Shown piece after piece: positions 42,962 through 52,700 of a stretch of DNA of 56,979 nucleotides. The notes beneath the pieces are model-generated. The model made no database searches. It saw only the letters and a program-made list of their open reading frames with translations, and was not told the DNA's origin. The position numbers were made by a program, and so were the translations under genes. How positions within the stretch are numbered: position 1 is the first letter of the stretch; the number at the start of each line of letters is the position of its first letter. Origin of the DNA: Candidatus Poseidoniaceae archaeon. Its GTDB lineage: Archaea > Thermoplasmatota > Poseidoniia > Poseidoniales > Poseidoniaceae. The stretch covers positions 1 through 56,979 of the forward strand of contig DAIUCF010000004.1 of assembly GCA_036846305.1 (NCBI GenBank), in the 5' to 3' direction.

Positions 42962-44734
42962 TCATTGCACTCGTTCAACGACCGTTAGTGTTACAACACC
43001 TTGTTCCGACTTGAGTTCAACGATGTCTCCATCGTTAATCGACATACATGGATCTTTGTCGAATCCATGACCGTACGGGACATCCAGCAAGGAGCAGGCG
43101 GGTAAGGTCAGAGGGCACACATCTCTGTTAACAATAGCTGTGGGCCCTTTACCGGTATACAAAAGACCCATCAAGACGTAAGGTGCAACGGTAGAGCCGG
43201 AACCTTTGGGATAGATTAGAATCGAATTCTCAATTGCCCTACCGTCAAGGGGGTGACCAGTTTCCTCAACAACTCCAGTATCGCGATGAACATACCCAAG
43301 GTAAGTAATGGGTACGTCGGTAACCATTGCTGGGCCAGTGACACAAAAATCACCTTGACTCAAAAGAGGCGCACCAGTAAGCTTCTGGTCACCAAACTGT
43401 GCCACCTTTGCACTCGCATGCTGCGGTTGAGATTTTGCGTGCAGAACCGGCCGTGGCCCCGAAGAAAGAGAGGGATTGAAGGCATGATTCACACAATCAA
43501 CTATCGACATCACGCTGGTTGGAAGGCGATTGAGGCCGCTGGTAAGGTAATGCTCTGCTTTGAGTGAGTTGGTGAGTAGATGATTGTAATGTGCTCGATT
43601 GTAAGGAGTTACTTCAGGACATGTGTCTTTCAAAATAATTGCCCCGGCTTGTTCAAGCAAAGTGATGCTTCCGTCCGCCAATGCGAGTTCATAGTTTTCT
43701 CCACTGGTGAATACCCAGAGGCGCTGGTTAGGAATTTTCGCCCCCATCTCAGAATGTGCACGGACTGCAGCGGCGGTGATTCGTACTTCCTCTAAGCTGG
43801 CTTGCGGACATCCAATGACCACCAAATCCACTTGACCTTTCGGCTCAAGAGCTTCGTATCGAGACTGCAAATCAGCCTCAGTAAAGACCAATTCACCCTG
43901 CCATCCGTCGCTGGGATGAGCCCATGTGCCATCGACTGTTTTCGACAAAGGAGGGTCTGCAGAAAGACCTTCAGCCCACAGCATTGGAGTGCCGTAATTT
44001 GCTGCTGCGGCAGTCAATGCTTTCTTTCGTGCAAAACTTGCGTTGTGTGGAAGTCCCTGAATGAAAGGCATAGGCCCCCACGGTACGTTCCAATCGGGAC
44101 GTACCTGCTTACCAATCCAATCGCCGAGAATTGACCAATCTGAGAGAGTCTCAAGTTCGCATTGAACCCTAACATGTATATTTGGCACCCGATTTTCCTC
44201 AAGATGTAGACCCCATTTTGGCGCAAAACCAGTTAGCGCAGTGGCTAAGGCCGATAAGCCAGATTCACGGTTGGTAATCAGCGATGTCCATGTGTTCGAG
44301 AAGCAAACAGCATTGGATTCTGCCCACGATGCAATACCGCTCTCATCATCAACCCCTCGATCATAAGGGGTACACGAAAGCGTTGATTGAATGCCGAGTT
44401 TAGAGTAGGCATCAACAATTTCAAATTGCTGTTCAAGAAAATCCGGCCAGTCAATGTCCATTTCTTTCATTTTCTCCTTGTCACATCCAGCAGAATTCAA
44501 AGTGGTCGGAATAGACACCTTGCCGTCACCAGAACTTGAAAGGTCTGATAAAAATCGACGTAATCCGTGCCCTCCGGTAATCACTGATACGCCAGATACA
44601 TGAGCGTGGTCGACTTCGACAAATCCTGTAGCACCCGCAGTGCCGGCTAAATCAACAACTAAACGAGCTGCTTTCTGCCGGGTTGGGCCCTCTTCACCAA
44701 CAAGTTGCGATGCAAGTCGCGGTGGAAGGTCCAT
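42962..44734 (-). CDS. Aconitase-X family protein, fused large (DUF521-like) and small (DUF126-like) modules
   Basis: The N-terminal module (...VEVDHAHVSGVS...IPTTLNSAGCD...) and the C-terminal swivel-like module (...ILIYPKGSGSTVAPYVLMGLLYTGKGPTAIVN...) sit in one 590-aa polypeptide. Confidence 0.65.
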   Translation of the reverse strand: MDLPPRLASQLVGEEGPTRQKAARLVVDLAGTAGATGFVEVDHAHVSGVSVITGGHGLRRFLSDLSSSGDGKVSIPTTLNSAGCDKEKMKEMDIDWPDFLEQQFEIVDAYSKLGIQSTLSCTPYDRGVDDESGIASWAESNAVCFSNTWTSLITNRESGLSALATALTGFAPKWGLHLEENRVPNIHVRVQCELETLSDWSILGDWIGKQVRPDWNVPWGPMPFIQGLPHNASFARKKALTAAAANYGTPMLWAEGLSADPPLSKTVDGTWAHPSDGWQGELVFTEADLQSRYEALEPKGQVDLVVIGCPQASLEEVRITAAAVRAHSEMGAKIPNQRLWVFTSGENYELALADGSITLLEQAGAIILKDTCPEVTPYNRAHYNHLLTNSLKAEHYLTSGLNRLPTSVMSIVDCVNHAFNPSLSSGPRPVLHAKSQPQHASAKVAQFGDQKLTGAPLLSQGDFCVTGPAMVTDVPITYLGYVHRDTGVVEETGHPLDGRAIENSILIYPKGSGSTVAPYVLMGLLYTGKGPTAIVNRDVCPLTLPACSLLDVPYGHGFDKDPCMSINDGDIVELKSEQGVVTLTVVERVQ

Positions 44735-44789
44735 AGTGTGCGGAATTCGACTGTACCCTTGAACTCATCCCTTCATCAAAGCGCCGGAA

Positions 44790-47105
44790 ATGGATTCGAT
44801 TTCAAAATCAGAGTTTTCACCGAAGGATTTGATACCTTTGACGAAATTAACAACAATTATGTCATCCCAACCTCAAACGGATTTCAACGGCCCTATCGCA
44901 GGTGAACCTGCAAAGAAAAAAGCACAGACAAGTCAGCCTTTTGCAACATCAAAACACAAGAAACAGACGCATGGAAAACCCACTATTTCTCGAAAAAAGA
45001 AAGCACTAACCGTTCTGCAAACTGTTCTTATCGCACTAGCACTGTGTCTTTCGACCTATTCCTATGTCACATTGGATTCGCTTTCAGAGAATGCTATCGA
45101 CGGAAAAGATGCCGATGAAATGCTGGTACGCACAGAAGGACGCGATGCAGATTCGATGTGCACCGAAGGCGGTGCTGAAATCTTGATAGGTAACGACCTC
45201 AACAATAATGCTTACTTGGACGAAGACGAAGTTACGTCATCAACAAAAGTCTGCCACGGCAAGGAAGGGCTTTCTGGCCCCCAAGGTGCTCCAGGAAATA
45301 CCGAAATTACCGCACAGAATTTGATTGACATCAAGCACCTCACCTCTGGTCAAGGCGGATGTGTAAACGGAGGCATCACCATACACAGTGGAATTGATAA
45401 CAACAGCAATGGGGATTTAGACGCTGCTGAGCGAGCAACCAGTGTTGAGGTTTGTGACGGACTTTTGGGTTCTAACGGCAACGATGGCGCTGCAGGCAAT
45501 GATGGGGCGACAGGCACGGATGGCCAGCAAGGTGCAGATGGAGAGAACGGAGCACCTGCGCTGGTGGAACAACATCAACCTCCAGCCTCGGTATGTCCTT
45601 CTGGAATTGTTTTACGATTCGGAGTCGATGATGGGATTGGCCAAGGAGAAGCCCGAGATGGAATTCTTCACGACGATGAGGTACATTCCTCACTGAACAT
45701 TTGCAGTACACCTTTGCTTTTCGGCCCGATCACTGATTTTTCGATTGGAACTGCTAACGGAGTTACAACCAACTGCGACGCCTTAGCATGGAATTCTGAA
45801 CAACAGCACATTTTGATGGCTGGTGTCAACGGTGTTGACGGCTGTGAATTGTGGATAAGTGACGGACTTGACGGTTCAGCAGTTCTACTGTCAAACATTC
45901 ATCCTTCTGGAGACTCTCTACCCGGCAAGGAATTGGGAATGCATTCGGTGATGACTGCGCACGGTGAACACATCTTCTTTGATGCAGATGATGGTGTGAA
46001 CGGACGTCAACTTTGGGTCAGCGATGGAACACTCTCTGGAACCAACCTCATCACTTCAAACGGCGCGACAATACCGGTTTCTTCAGCATCGACGATGGTG
46101 CATTGGGGCCGTGGAGTACTGCTCAACAGTGCTGCGGACGTGTTGATGTGGAGTGATGGCACATACGCCGTTCCAGCCTTTGAACATCCGGATTTTTCCA
46201 GCCAACAGAGCGGTCAGCTCTATTCACAATCGGCTGGAATGACCTCTTTAGGCGGTGAAATGTTGCATTCAAACCAAACTCATGCTTGGTTTTCAGCCAA
46301 AAGTGGAGGTGATATTGAACCTCATTTACTTACTCTTGATGGCGTTATAACCAGTTGGAACATCAACCCTTCAGGCTCCAGCCTGCCCAACGCTCCGAGT
46401 ATTATCGATGGCACTCTAATAGCGGTGGCAGAGGCGCAGAACGGTCGTCAACTGTTACGTTTGTACGAGGATGGAAATTACCAATGGTTAACCTCACTTC
46501 AACACGAAGGAACGGGAAACCCTTCGCAGCATACTGCCGAACATCTTGGGATTCACCTTGTCGAAGACAGGCTGGTGTTTGATGCTTTGACTTCGGGTGT
46601 CGACCCTCGATTATGGAGCCACAACCTTACCTCTGGAGTGACCCAGATTCTTTCTAGTAACATTGTGGCACCCGGTGATTGGGCAGGTGGAATTGTTCAC
46701 AACCAGAAAGTTTGGTTCGACTGTGTTGCACCCGGAGTGGCTCATGAGATTTGTTCCAGTGACGGTACCGAATCTGGGACCGCTGTTGTGACAGACTTAC
46801 GCCCTGGAATGGCAAGTTCGAACATTCTCGCCTTTGCAGTTTTAGAACAACACTTGTTTTTTATTGGTTCAGGAAAAATCGATGGGACAGAAACCGGTTC
46901 ATGCCTATGGCACTTCGACGATGTGGAGCTATCGCTTGTATACGACCCTTGGATTGGTTCGGGGAACAATTCAGCAACAGGCACATACGGTGGACTAACC
47001 ATAACTGAACATCATCTTTTGTTCGCTTCTCATGATGGAAGTAGAGGGCACGAAGTACATGCTTGGAGCCACGGACAAACAACCGGTGAATGGCTGATTT
47101 GGTGA
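44790..47105 (+). CDS. Membrane-anchored protein with collagen-like G-X-Y tracts and ELWxxDG-type repeats (beta-propeller-like)
   Basis: Basic N-terminus followed by the TM helix ALTVLQTVLIALALCLSTYSYV. Three Cys-framed ...GG..I..G.D.N.NG.LD..E.....VC.G modules. Eleven consecutive G-X-Y triplets (GLLGSNGNDGAAGNDGATGTDGQQGADGENGAP, 45459-45557). Repeats CELWISDGLDGSAVLL, RQLWVSDGTLSGTNLI, EICSSDGTESGTAVV and others. Confidence 0.7.
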   Translation: MDSISKSEFSPKDLIPLTKLTTIMSSQPQTDFNGPIAGEPAKKKAQTSQPFATSKHKKQTHGKPTISRKKKALTVLQTVLIALALCLSTYSYVTLDSLSENAIDGKDADEMLVRTEGRDADSMCTEGGAEILIGNDLNNNAYLDEDEVTSSTKVCHGKEGLSGPQGAPGNTEITAQNLIDIKHLTSGQGGCVNGGITIHSGIDNNSNGDLDAAERATSVEVCDGLLGSNGNDGAAGNDGATGTDGQQGADGENGAPALVEQHQPPASVCPSGIVLRFGVDDGIGQGEARDGILHDDEVHSSLNICSTPLLFGPITDFSIGTANGVTTNCDALAWNSEQQHILMAGVNGVDGCELWISDGLDGSAVLLSNIHPSGDSLPGKELGMHSVMTAHGEHIFFDADDGVNGRQLWVSDGTLSGTNLITSNGATIPVSSASTMVHWGRGVLLNSAADVLMWSDGTYAVPAFEHPDFSSQQSGQLYSQSAGMTSLGGEMLHSNQTHAWFSAKSGGDIEPHLLTLDGVITSWNINPSGSSLPNAPSIIDGTLIAVAEAQNGRQLLRLYEDGNYQWLTSLQHEGTGNPSQHTAEHLGIHLVEDRLVFDALTSGVDPRLWSHNLTSGVTQILSSNIVAPGDWAGGIVHNQKVWFDCVAPGVAHEICSSDGTESGTAVVTDLRPGMASSNILAFAVLEQHLFFIGSGKIDGTETGSCLWHFDDVELSLVYDPWIGSGNNSATGTYGGLTITEHHLLFASHDGSRGHEVHAWSHGQTTGEWLIW

Positions 47106-47106
47106 A

Positions 47107-47964
47107 TTATCTCTCATCAATACAGTGAGGACATGAAACTTCAATCACGTAATCGCTGGATTGTTGTTCCTTGGGCGTAAGTGGTTGTCGACAAGCGAAA
47201 CATTGTACGACATCGCTTTGCTTGAGATCAGAACCCAATGCGACTCTATGGTCGAAAACAAAGCAGTCTCCGTTCCAATATTTTCCACCAACCTCCTCGA
47301 AATAACCCAAAATGCCACCTTTGAGTTGTTTCACGTTCGAAAATCCTGCATCCATCATCACCACACTGGCCTTTTCGCAACGAATCCCTCCGGTACAGAA
47401 CATCACGACTGGAGTATCTTTCATTTCCTCTGGAAGCGATTGGATGGCCTCGGGGAACTTTCGAAACGATTTGATATCAAGGTCAATTGCATTCTCAAAA
47501 GTACCCAATCGAATTTCATAATCGTTACGAGTATCGAGAATCGCTACTTCCTTGCCATCATCCAACCATTGTTTGAATTCAAGCGGAGAGATTTCCTCTC
47601 CTGTACGCTGTGCAGGTTTGACATTGTCCATTCCTAACGAAATAATTTCTTTCTTGAGACGGACATTCATTCTGTTGAACGGTTGGTAATCCGTGTAGGA
47701 ATATTTCAAATCCATATTTGAAAAACGCTCATCGGATTCAAGAAAATCGACATATGTTTCAATCCCTTCTTGTGCCCCTGCTAAGAAGAAATTGATACCT
47801 TCGTGTGACAAGAGAATTGTTCCTTTTAGTCCAGCTTTTTTGCATTGAGACTGGAAGGGTTCACGCAGTTCATCTCGGTCTGGCAGTTCGACAAATCGAT
47901 ATCCGGCAATGTTCGATACCGTGGCCTGCATGGTTAGAGGAAAGGCATGGGCTTTTTGATTCAT
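47107..47964 (-). CDS. trhO: Rhodanese-domain protein of the UPF0176/YceA family (tRNA U34 hydroxylase TrhO)
   Basis: ...NIAGYRFVEL... N-terminal domain; rhodanese active-site loop MFCTGGIRCEKAS; C-terminal Cys cluster CFACRQ...CPHC. Start taken as ATG 47964, 7 nt after the nadE stop. Confidence 0.85.
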   Translation of the reverse strand: MNQKAHAFPLTMQATVSNIAGYRFVELPDRDELREPFQSQCKKAGLKGTILLSHEGINFFLAGAQEGIETYVDFLESDERFSNMDLKYSYTDYQPFNRMNVRLKKEIISLGMDNVKPAQRTGEEISPLEFKQWLDDGKEVAILDTRNDYEIRLGTFENAIDLDIKSFRKFPEAIQSLPEEMKDTPVVMFCTGGIRCEKASVVMMDAGFSNVKQLKGGILGYFEEVGGKYWNGDCFVFDHRVALGSDLKQSDVVQCFACRQPLTPKEQQSSDYVIEVSCPHCIDER

Positions 47965-47971
47965 TCTCACG

Positions 47972-49738
47972 TTAATGGCGCCAGTCATGCCGTGAAGCTA
48001 AAGGTCGACGCCATCCTTGGCCAAAAGCGCGATTTGAAACTCGGGGTGCTGGAGACATCTGCCAGCGCTTGTGTTCGCTGCGCTCGAGTCTCATTAAGAC
48101 TTCAACAACCACGTCTCGATTGAATCCCTTATCGGCAATCGCCTGTGCGTCCAATCCCTCTTCGATGTGGGCGTGAAGGATTGCATCGAGTGTAGCGTAA
48201 GGCGGTAAAGAATCTTCATCTTTCTGATCGGGAGCTAATTCTGCAGACGGAGGTTTGGTCCGTGTCGATTGGTTTACCGGGGGTGCCTTTCCTGCAACTT
48301 CTGCTCTACGATTAAACACATCAGCAAGCCCGTAAACTTGCATCTTATACAGATCGCCTAGAGGGGCATATCCTCCTGCCATGTCGCCGTACAGAGTGCA
48401 GTAACCTTGAGCCAATTCAGATTTGTTGCCCGTAGCAATCGCCATTCGACCTTGAGCATTGGCGTGTGCCATGACCAACAATCCGCGCAGTCGAGCCTGT
48501 AGATTCTCAGAGGCGACCGGATGACCTGAACTGAGCATTTCTCCAATCGAGGATTCGACCGAAGCATGGAATTCGTCGATTCCAATTAAGTCAAAAACAA
48601 GGCCAAGTGATTCGGCAGTGTAGCGTGCATCATCAATCGAGTGCTGCGATGAATGGCGACTTGGCATGGCAATACCAGTGACATTTTCTGGACCAACCGC
48701 TGCTGCTGCCACACATGCTGCAACAGCAGAATCAATCCCACCTGACAAACCCAATACGATTGATGTAATTCCTGATTTCCTGCAATAGTCCGACAGACCA
48801 GTCACTACGGCGTCTGCAAGGTCTTCAAGCAGTTCTTTATCGTATTCATGTCCCTGATCATCTGGTGAGAGTTGACGAATCACATCGTGACCAATTCGCA
48901 ATGCATCGGGTGATTTTGAATCGACCCAAGTGCAGTTTTTAGCATCTTCAATGTCAACCAAGAGTACCCCTTCTCTCCACGCAGGAGCCACAACCACTCG
49001 CCCGTCTGGCCATGCAACAAGTGAATTGCCATCGAAAAGGAGATCGTCGTTGCCGCCAACTTGATTGGCGAGTAAAAAGGGATGGCCAAGTACTCGTGCA
49101 GCCGTACGACAGACATGAATTCGAGCACTTAATTTGTCGGCGTGATAAGGCGACGCTGAAAGATTCACTGTTGCGTCCAGCAGTACCCCTTGCCGACCCC
49201 ATTCAGCAAGGTGTTCAATCGGGTCGGCAGAATACGATGAAGGCGTAAGTTCAGCCGCTTGCCACGCATCTTCACAGACAGTGACTCCAAGATTAAGTTG
49301 AGCAATTGTACGTGCGATACCTGAGCGATTATCCGGGTGGAAATATCGAGCCTCATCAAACACGTCGTAGGTTGGAAGAAGTTGTTTACGTGCAATGACA
49401 TGAGAATTATCCTCACCACTAGGATGTGCGTCCAATGAACCGGCACGGACAACACCATTGGCAGGAAGTTGGCGGTTCCCCCGAGATTCGATGGGGGTGC
49501 CTACAAGAACTGGAATAGGTACATCAAGCGCACTTGCTTTCTTTTGACAGAGTGAGATAAATTCGTCTTGTAACAATAAATCACGTGGCGGATATCCCGA
49601 AATTGCAAGTTCAGTGGTAACGCCAAGAATTGCGTCATGTTGTGCTGCCAATTCTGCCAGATGCTCAAGACGCGACGCATTTCCAGCCAAATCACCCACC
49701 GTTGGGTCAACTTGCATAAGACCAATCAAACGACCCAT
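47972..49738 (-). CDS. nadE: Glutamine-dependent NAD+ synthetase (N-terminal CN-hydrolase domain plus C-terminal NadE domain)
   Basis: Nitrilase-like N-terminal half (...VTTELAISGYPPRD..., ...GVTVCEDAW...). PP-loop LGLSGGIDSAV, then ...ATGNKSELAQGYCTLYGDMAGGYAPLGDLYK... Confidence 0.9.
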   Translation of the reverse strand: MGRLIGLMQVDPTVGDLAGNASRLEHLAELAAQHDAILGVTTELAISGYPPRDLLLQDEFISLCQKKASALDVPIPVLVGTPIESRGNRQLPANGVVRAGSLDAHPSGEDNSHVIARKQLLPTYDVFDEARYFHPDNRSGIARTIAQLNLGVTVCEDAWQAAELTPSSYSADPIEHLAEWGRQGVLLDATVNLSASPYHADKLSARIHVCRTAARVLGHPFLLANQVGGNDDLLFDGNSLVAWPDGRVVVAPAWREGVLLVDIEDAKNCTWVDSKSPDALRIGHDVIRQLSPDDQGHEYDKELLEDLADAVVTGLSDYCRKSGITSIVLGLSGGIDSAVAACVAAAAVGPENVTGIAMPSRHSSQHSIDDARYTAESLGLVFDLIGIDEFHASVESSIGEMLSSGHPVASENLQARLRGLLVMAHANAQGRMAIATGNKSELAQGYCTLYGDMAGGYAPLGDLYKMQVYGLADVFNRRAEVAGKAPPVNQSTRTKPPSAELAPDQKDEDSLPPYATLDAILHAHIEEGLDAQAIADKGFNRDVVVEVLMRLERSEHKRWQMSPAPRVSNRAFGQGWRRPLASRHDWRH

Positions 49739-49759
49739 GATACCACTTCAGAGTATAGG

Positions 49760-52700
49760 TTAGAGACGGACAATTTCTCCATCAGCATTCTTGTACCACC
49801 ATTCGTTTGTAGCCTTATCATGATACCACCAATAACCATCCGAACCCTTCACCCAATCCGTTTCTTGAGTAGTTGAAGAAGGTGTGCTTTGTGCAGAGGC
49901 AACAGCAGCGGCAGCAGCACTCGAAGTACCAACTCCCGAAACCACATTTTCGTCTTCATATTCGTCTTCGTCCTCATACTCATCATCTTCAAATTCAGAT
50001 GAATATTCATCCCAGTCGTATTCAGACTTTGCTCCTTTGTTGAGTGTCATTTTCCGCGCCCAAATTAGGCCCGTAAGAACGATCGAAAGGAACAGTAAAG
50101 CGGCAAAAGAACCAAGCAAGGGGTGGACGTCTCCAAACACTCGTTCAGTCAAAGATTCTTCTCGTTGCGGTCGAACATCAATAGATGGACCAATGGAAGT
50201 GATTCCATCAGCGATTTGAACCTCTACCCATTGTAAACCGGTTTGTGTAGGATTCCAGTCGGTCGTCACCGGAACTCCACCGCCCTGAGGAATCTGAACA
50301 GTAACTCTTCGTAGTGTGGAGCGGTTCCCATCTGCGAGAACTTCAAGGAAAATTACCTCGACTGAACCGTCGAGAGTTCCGGTGTTTTCAACGTATGCGG
50401 TGACGATAGAGGTTTGACCCACTTCAACCAAGAAGCGAGAGTAACTAACCGAACCGCTCTGCAATTCAAACTCAGGCTTGAGCCATACCATGTCCCATAC
50501 ACCAACGGGTGTGCCTGCTGGCGTGCCGCCTAGGCCCAGAACTTCGTTATCGGCTAAATCTCTGCCTGACACATAAATGTGTACTGTAAGACGATTCTCA
50601 AGCATCTCTTTCGTAATTTCACTGAGATTAAATGAACCAAAGACTTCGAGTCGCAATCCCGAAATATCTGGACCAAGAAGAGTGAGCGGTTCTATTCCGT
50701 CACGAATACGGTCACCGGTTTCTTTCTCTTCGACCCACCATACGAGTTCGAGTGATTCAACATCTAAACCGCCATCTTCAGATAAGAGAATTCGAACTTC
50801 ATGTGATTCTGCCTCCAGAACTGAACTCGGCCTCGGGTTGGAAACCTCGACAGGTTCCGGTCCGGTTCCATCGACAATAATCCAACGTACAGAATTAATT
50901 TGGTCAGTTGAGTCAACGCCTTGACCTTGAAGACAACCCACACTCCAGGTCATTGGAATCGTTGTTGTTGTCGAGGGAGCTTGCAGAGCAACAGACCAAA
51001 TGCCGTTGAGAGAAGAGGCTGAAGTAATCGTTCCGTCAAACAGAATATCGACATTGCAATCGAAATCAGGAATTTGACCGGTTTCAGAGAAGACAATCCA
51101 TCCTGAAACCTCGAATGGACTGCTTGGAGCAAGGCGGGCGCCGTCACCAAGCAATGTACCTTGCGACAAAATAAGGTTTACACTCTCTTCGGGCACCTCC
51201 ATAGCAGCAGAAAATCGCCAACGGTGCTCAGGGAAGGCTAGGAAAACTTCCTGTCCAGCGCGGTCACTGACCCGAATACCAGGCTCTCTACGAGTTTCTC
51301 CCAAGTCTGGAGTGGTCCACGCTAAACGCATCTTAACGTTCAAGGTCATATCGCTCTCATAGGGACTTGCAGGGCCGTTAGTGCCAAGCATTTCACAGTC
51401 AACAATGATGACATGTGGACTTGTTGTAGTACAATTTCCTGTGGTGAAATCCCATCGAATGGGTAGTGGGTCACTTCCTTGATTCGAGGCCAATTCAACA
51501 ATGACTGTTGACAAATCAGAGCCACCGTTCGGTTCGACAATATTGACGTTGAATTCATACGGCATATCTGGGTGCAGCCAAGGTTTCTTACCACCTACAT
51601 GAGAGAAAGCGTTTGATGCAACAGTAGGCGCACCATCGGTAGCCAATTGGTACATGAACAGGTGTTCATCACTACCGTTCCCGCCACCGAAATCAAGCGG
51701 ATGACCTGCGTTATCTGAACCGACAAGATAGGCAGCAACTTTGTGTCCCAAACTGCCACCTGTATCGTCAATCATGAACGTGTATTGGCCGATGAGAGTG
51801 GATAAATTACTTGGCAGGAACAACGACATTTCGTTATATTCATCTGCATCTGGCAACTGATTCATATTTGTATCATCAGCCCATTCCTTCCAAACCATAG
51901 CATTGATGTTTTGAGGTAAAACAGGTTGGTCGGTGATTTGAATCTGTACCGTTTGTGTTGTTGATGGAATTCTGTGGTCGAAGCGATCCATGTTAACCTC
52001 GAGGACCTGGGGGGTAATCGAATCGATATGGAATGTTCGAGTGTAAATTGCGTCTTGAGTGGTACCGGAACCGCTCAATGACTTCACTTCAAAGTGCCAG
52101 ACTGCAGTTCCAAAGGAAAAAGGAACATTATCCGTGAAATTCCACATATTGCCTTCTAAAACAGTGGTGTTTGAGACCAAAGTTTCACCTCGGAAAAACT
52201 CCACCACTGCGTCACCGTCAGCGAAAGCAGCGTGAGTGTTGATTCCTTCATATCCAATCTGCACACTGATTTGAATTGTTGAACCTGCCTTAATGTAGTA
52301 ATGTGAGGGCGATAATTCCTGATTAAACGAATCGCTAAACATCACATTCTTAATTTCCAGGTCGTTTTCATAACCCTGAATTCCAGTGACCCCCCAAGTA
52401 TGAGTGGCAGGTATTGAAAGTATGCCGTTGGCAAGAAGCAAGCGTGATGAGGCATGAAGGATTGGCGAATCATCCCATGAGGGTTCTAATCGGAACGTCA
52501 CATTGACCGTAATCTCATTGCCGTCGGTGAAACTTGTCACAGGATTCTGGGGATGAAGTTCAACAATTGATGAATCCCCGGTACCGAAAGGAGTTCCCCC
52601 GTTGAGAGGAAGGGTCCAAGATGCTGAATGGTTGCCTCCAACAATGTCGAGTCGAACAGATGTGGCACTTGAAGAGGAGACTTTGAACGTCGTCTCTAAC

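Noticed and set aside
47161-47637. 158-aa ORF antisense to trhO; also 48954..49202, 49012..49248 and 49165..49458 within nadE
   Set aside because: They are nested in genes with clear rhodanese and PP-loop motifs, and they have no independent support.
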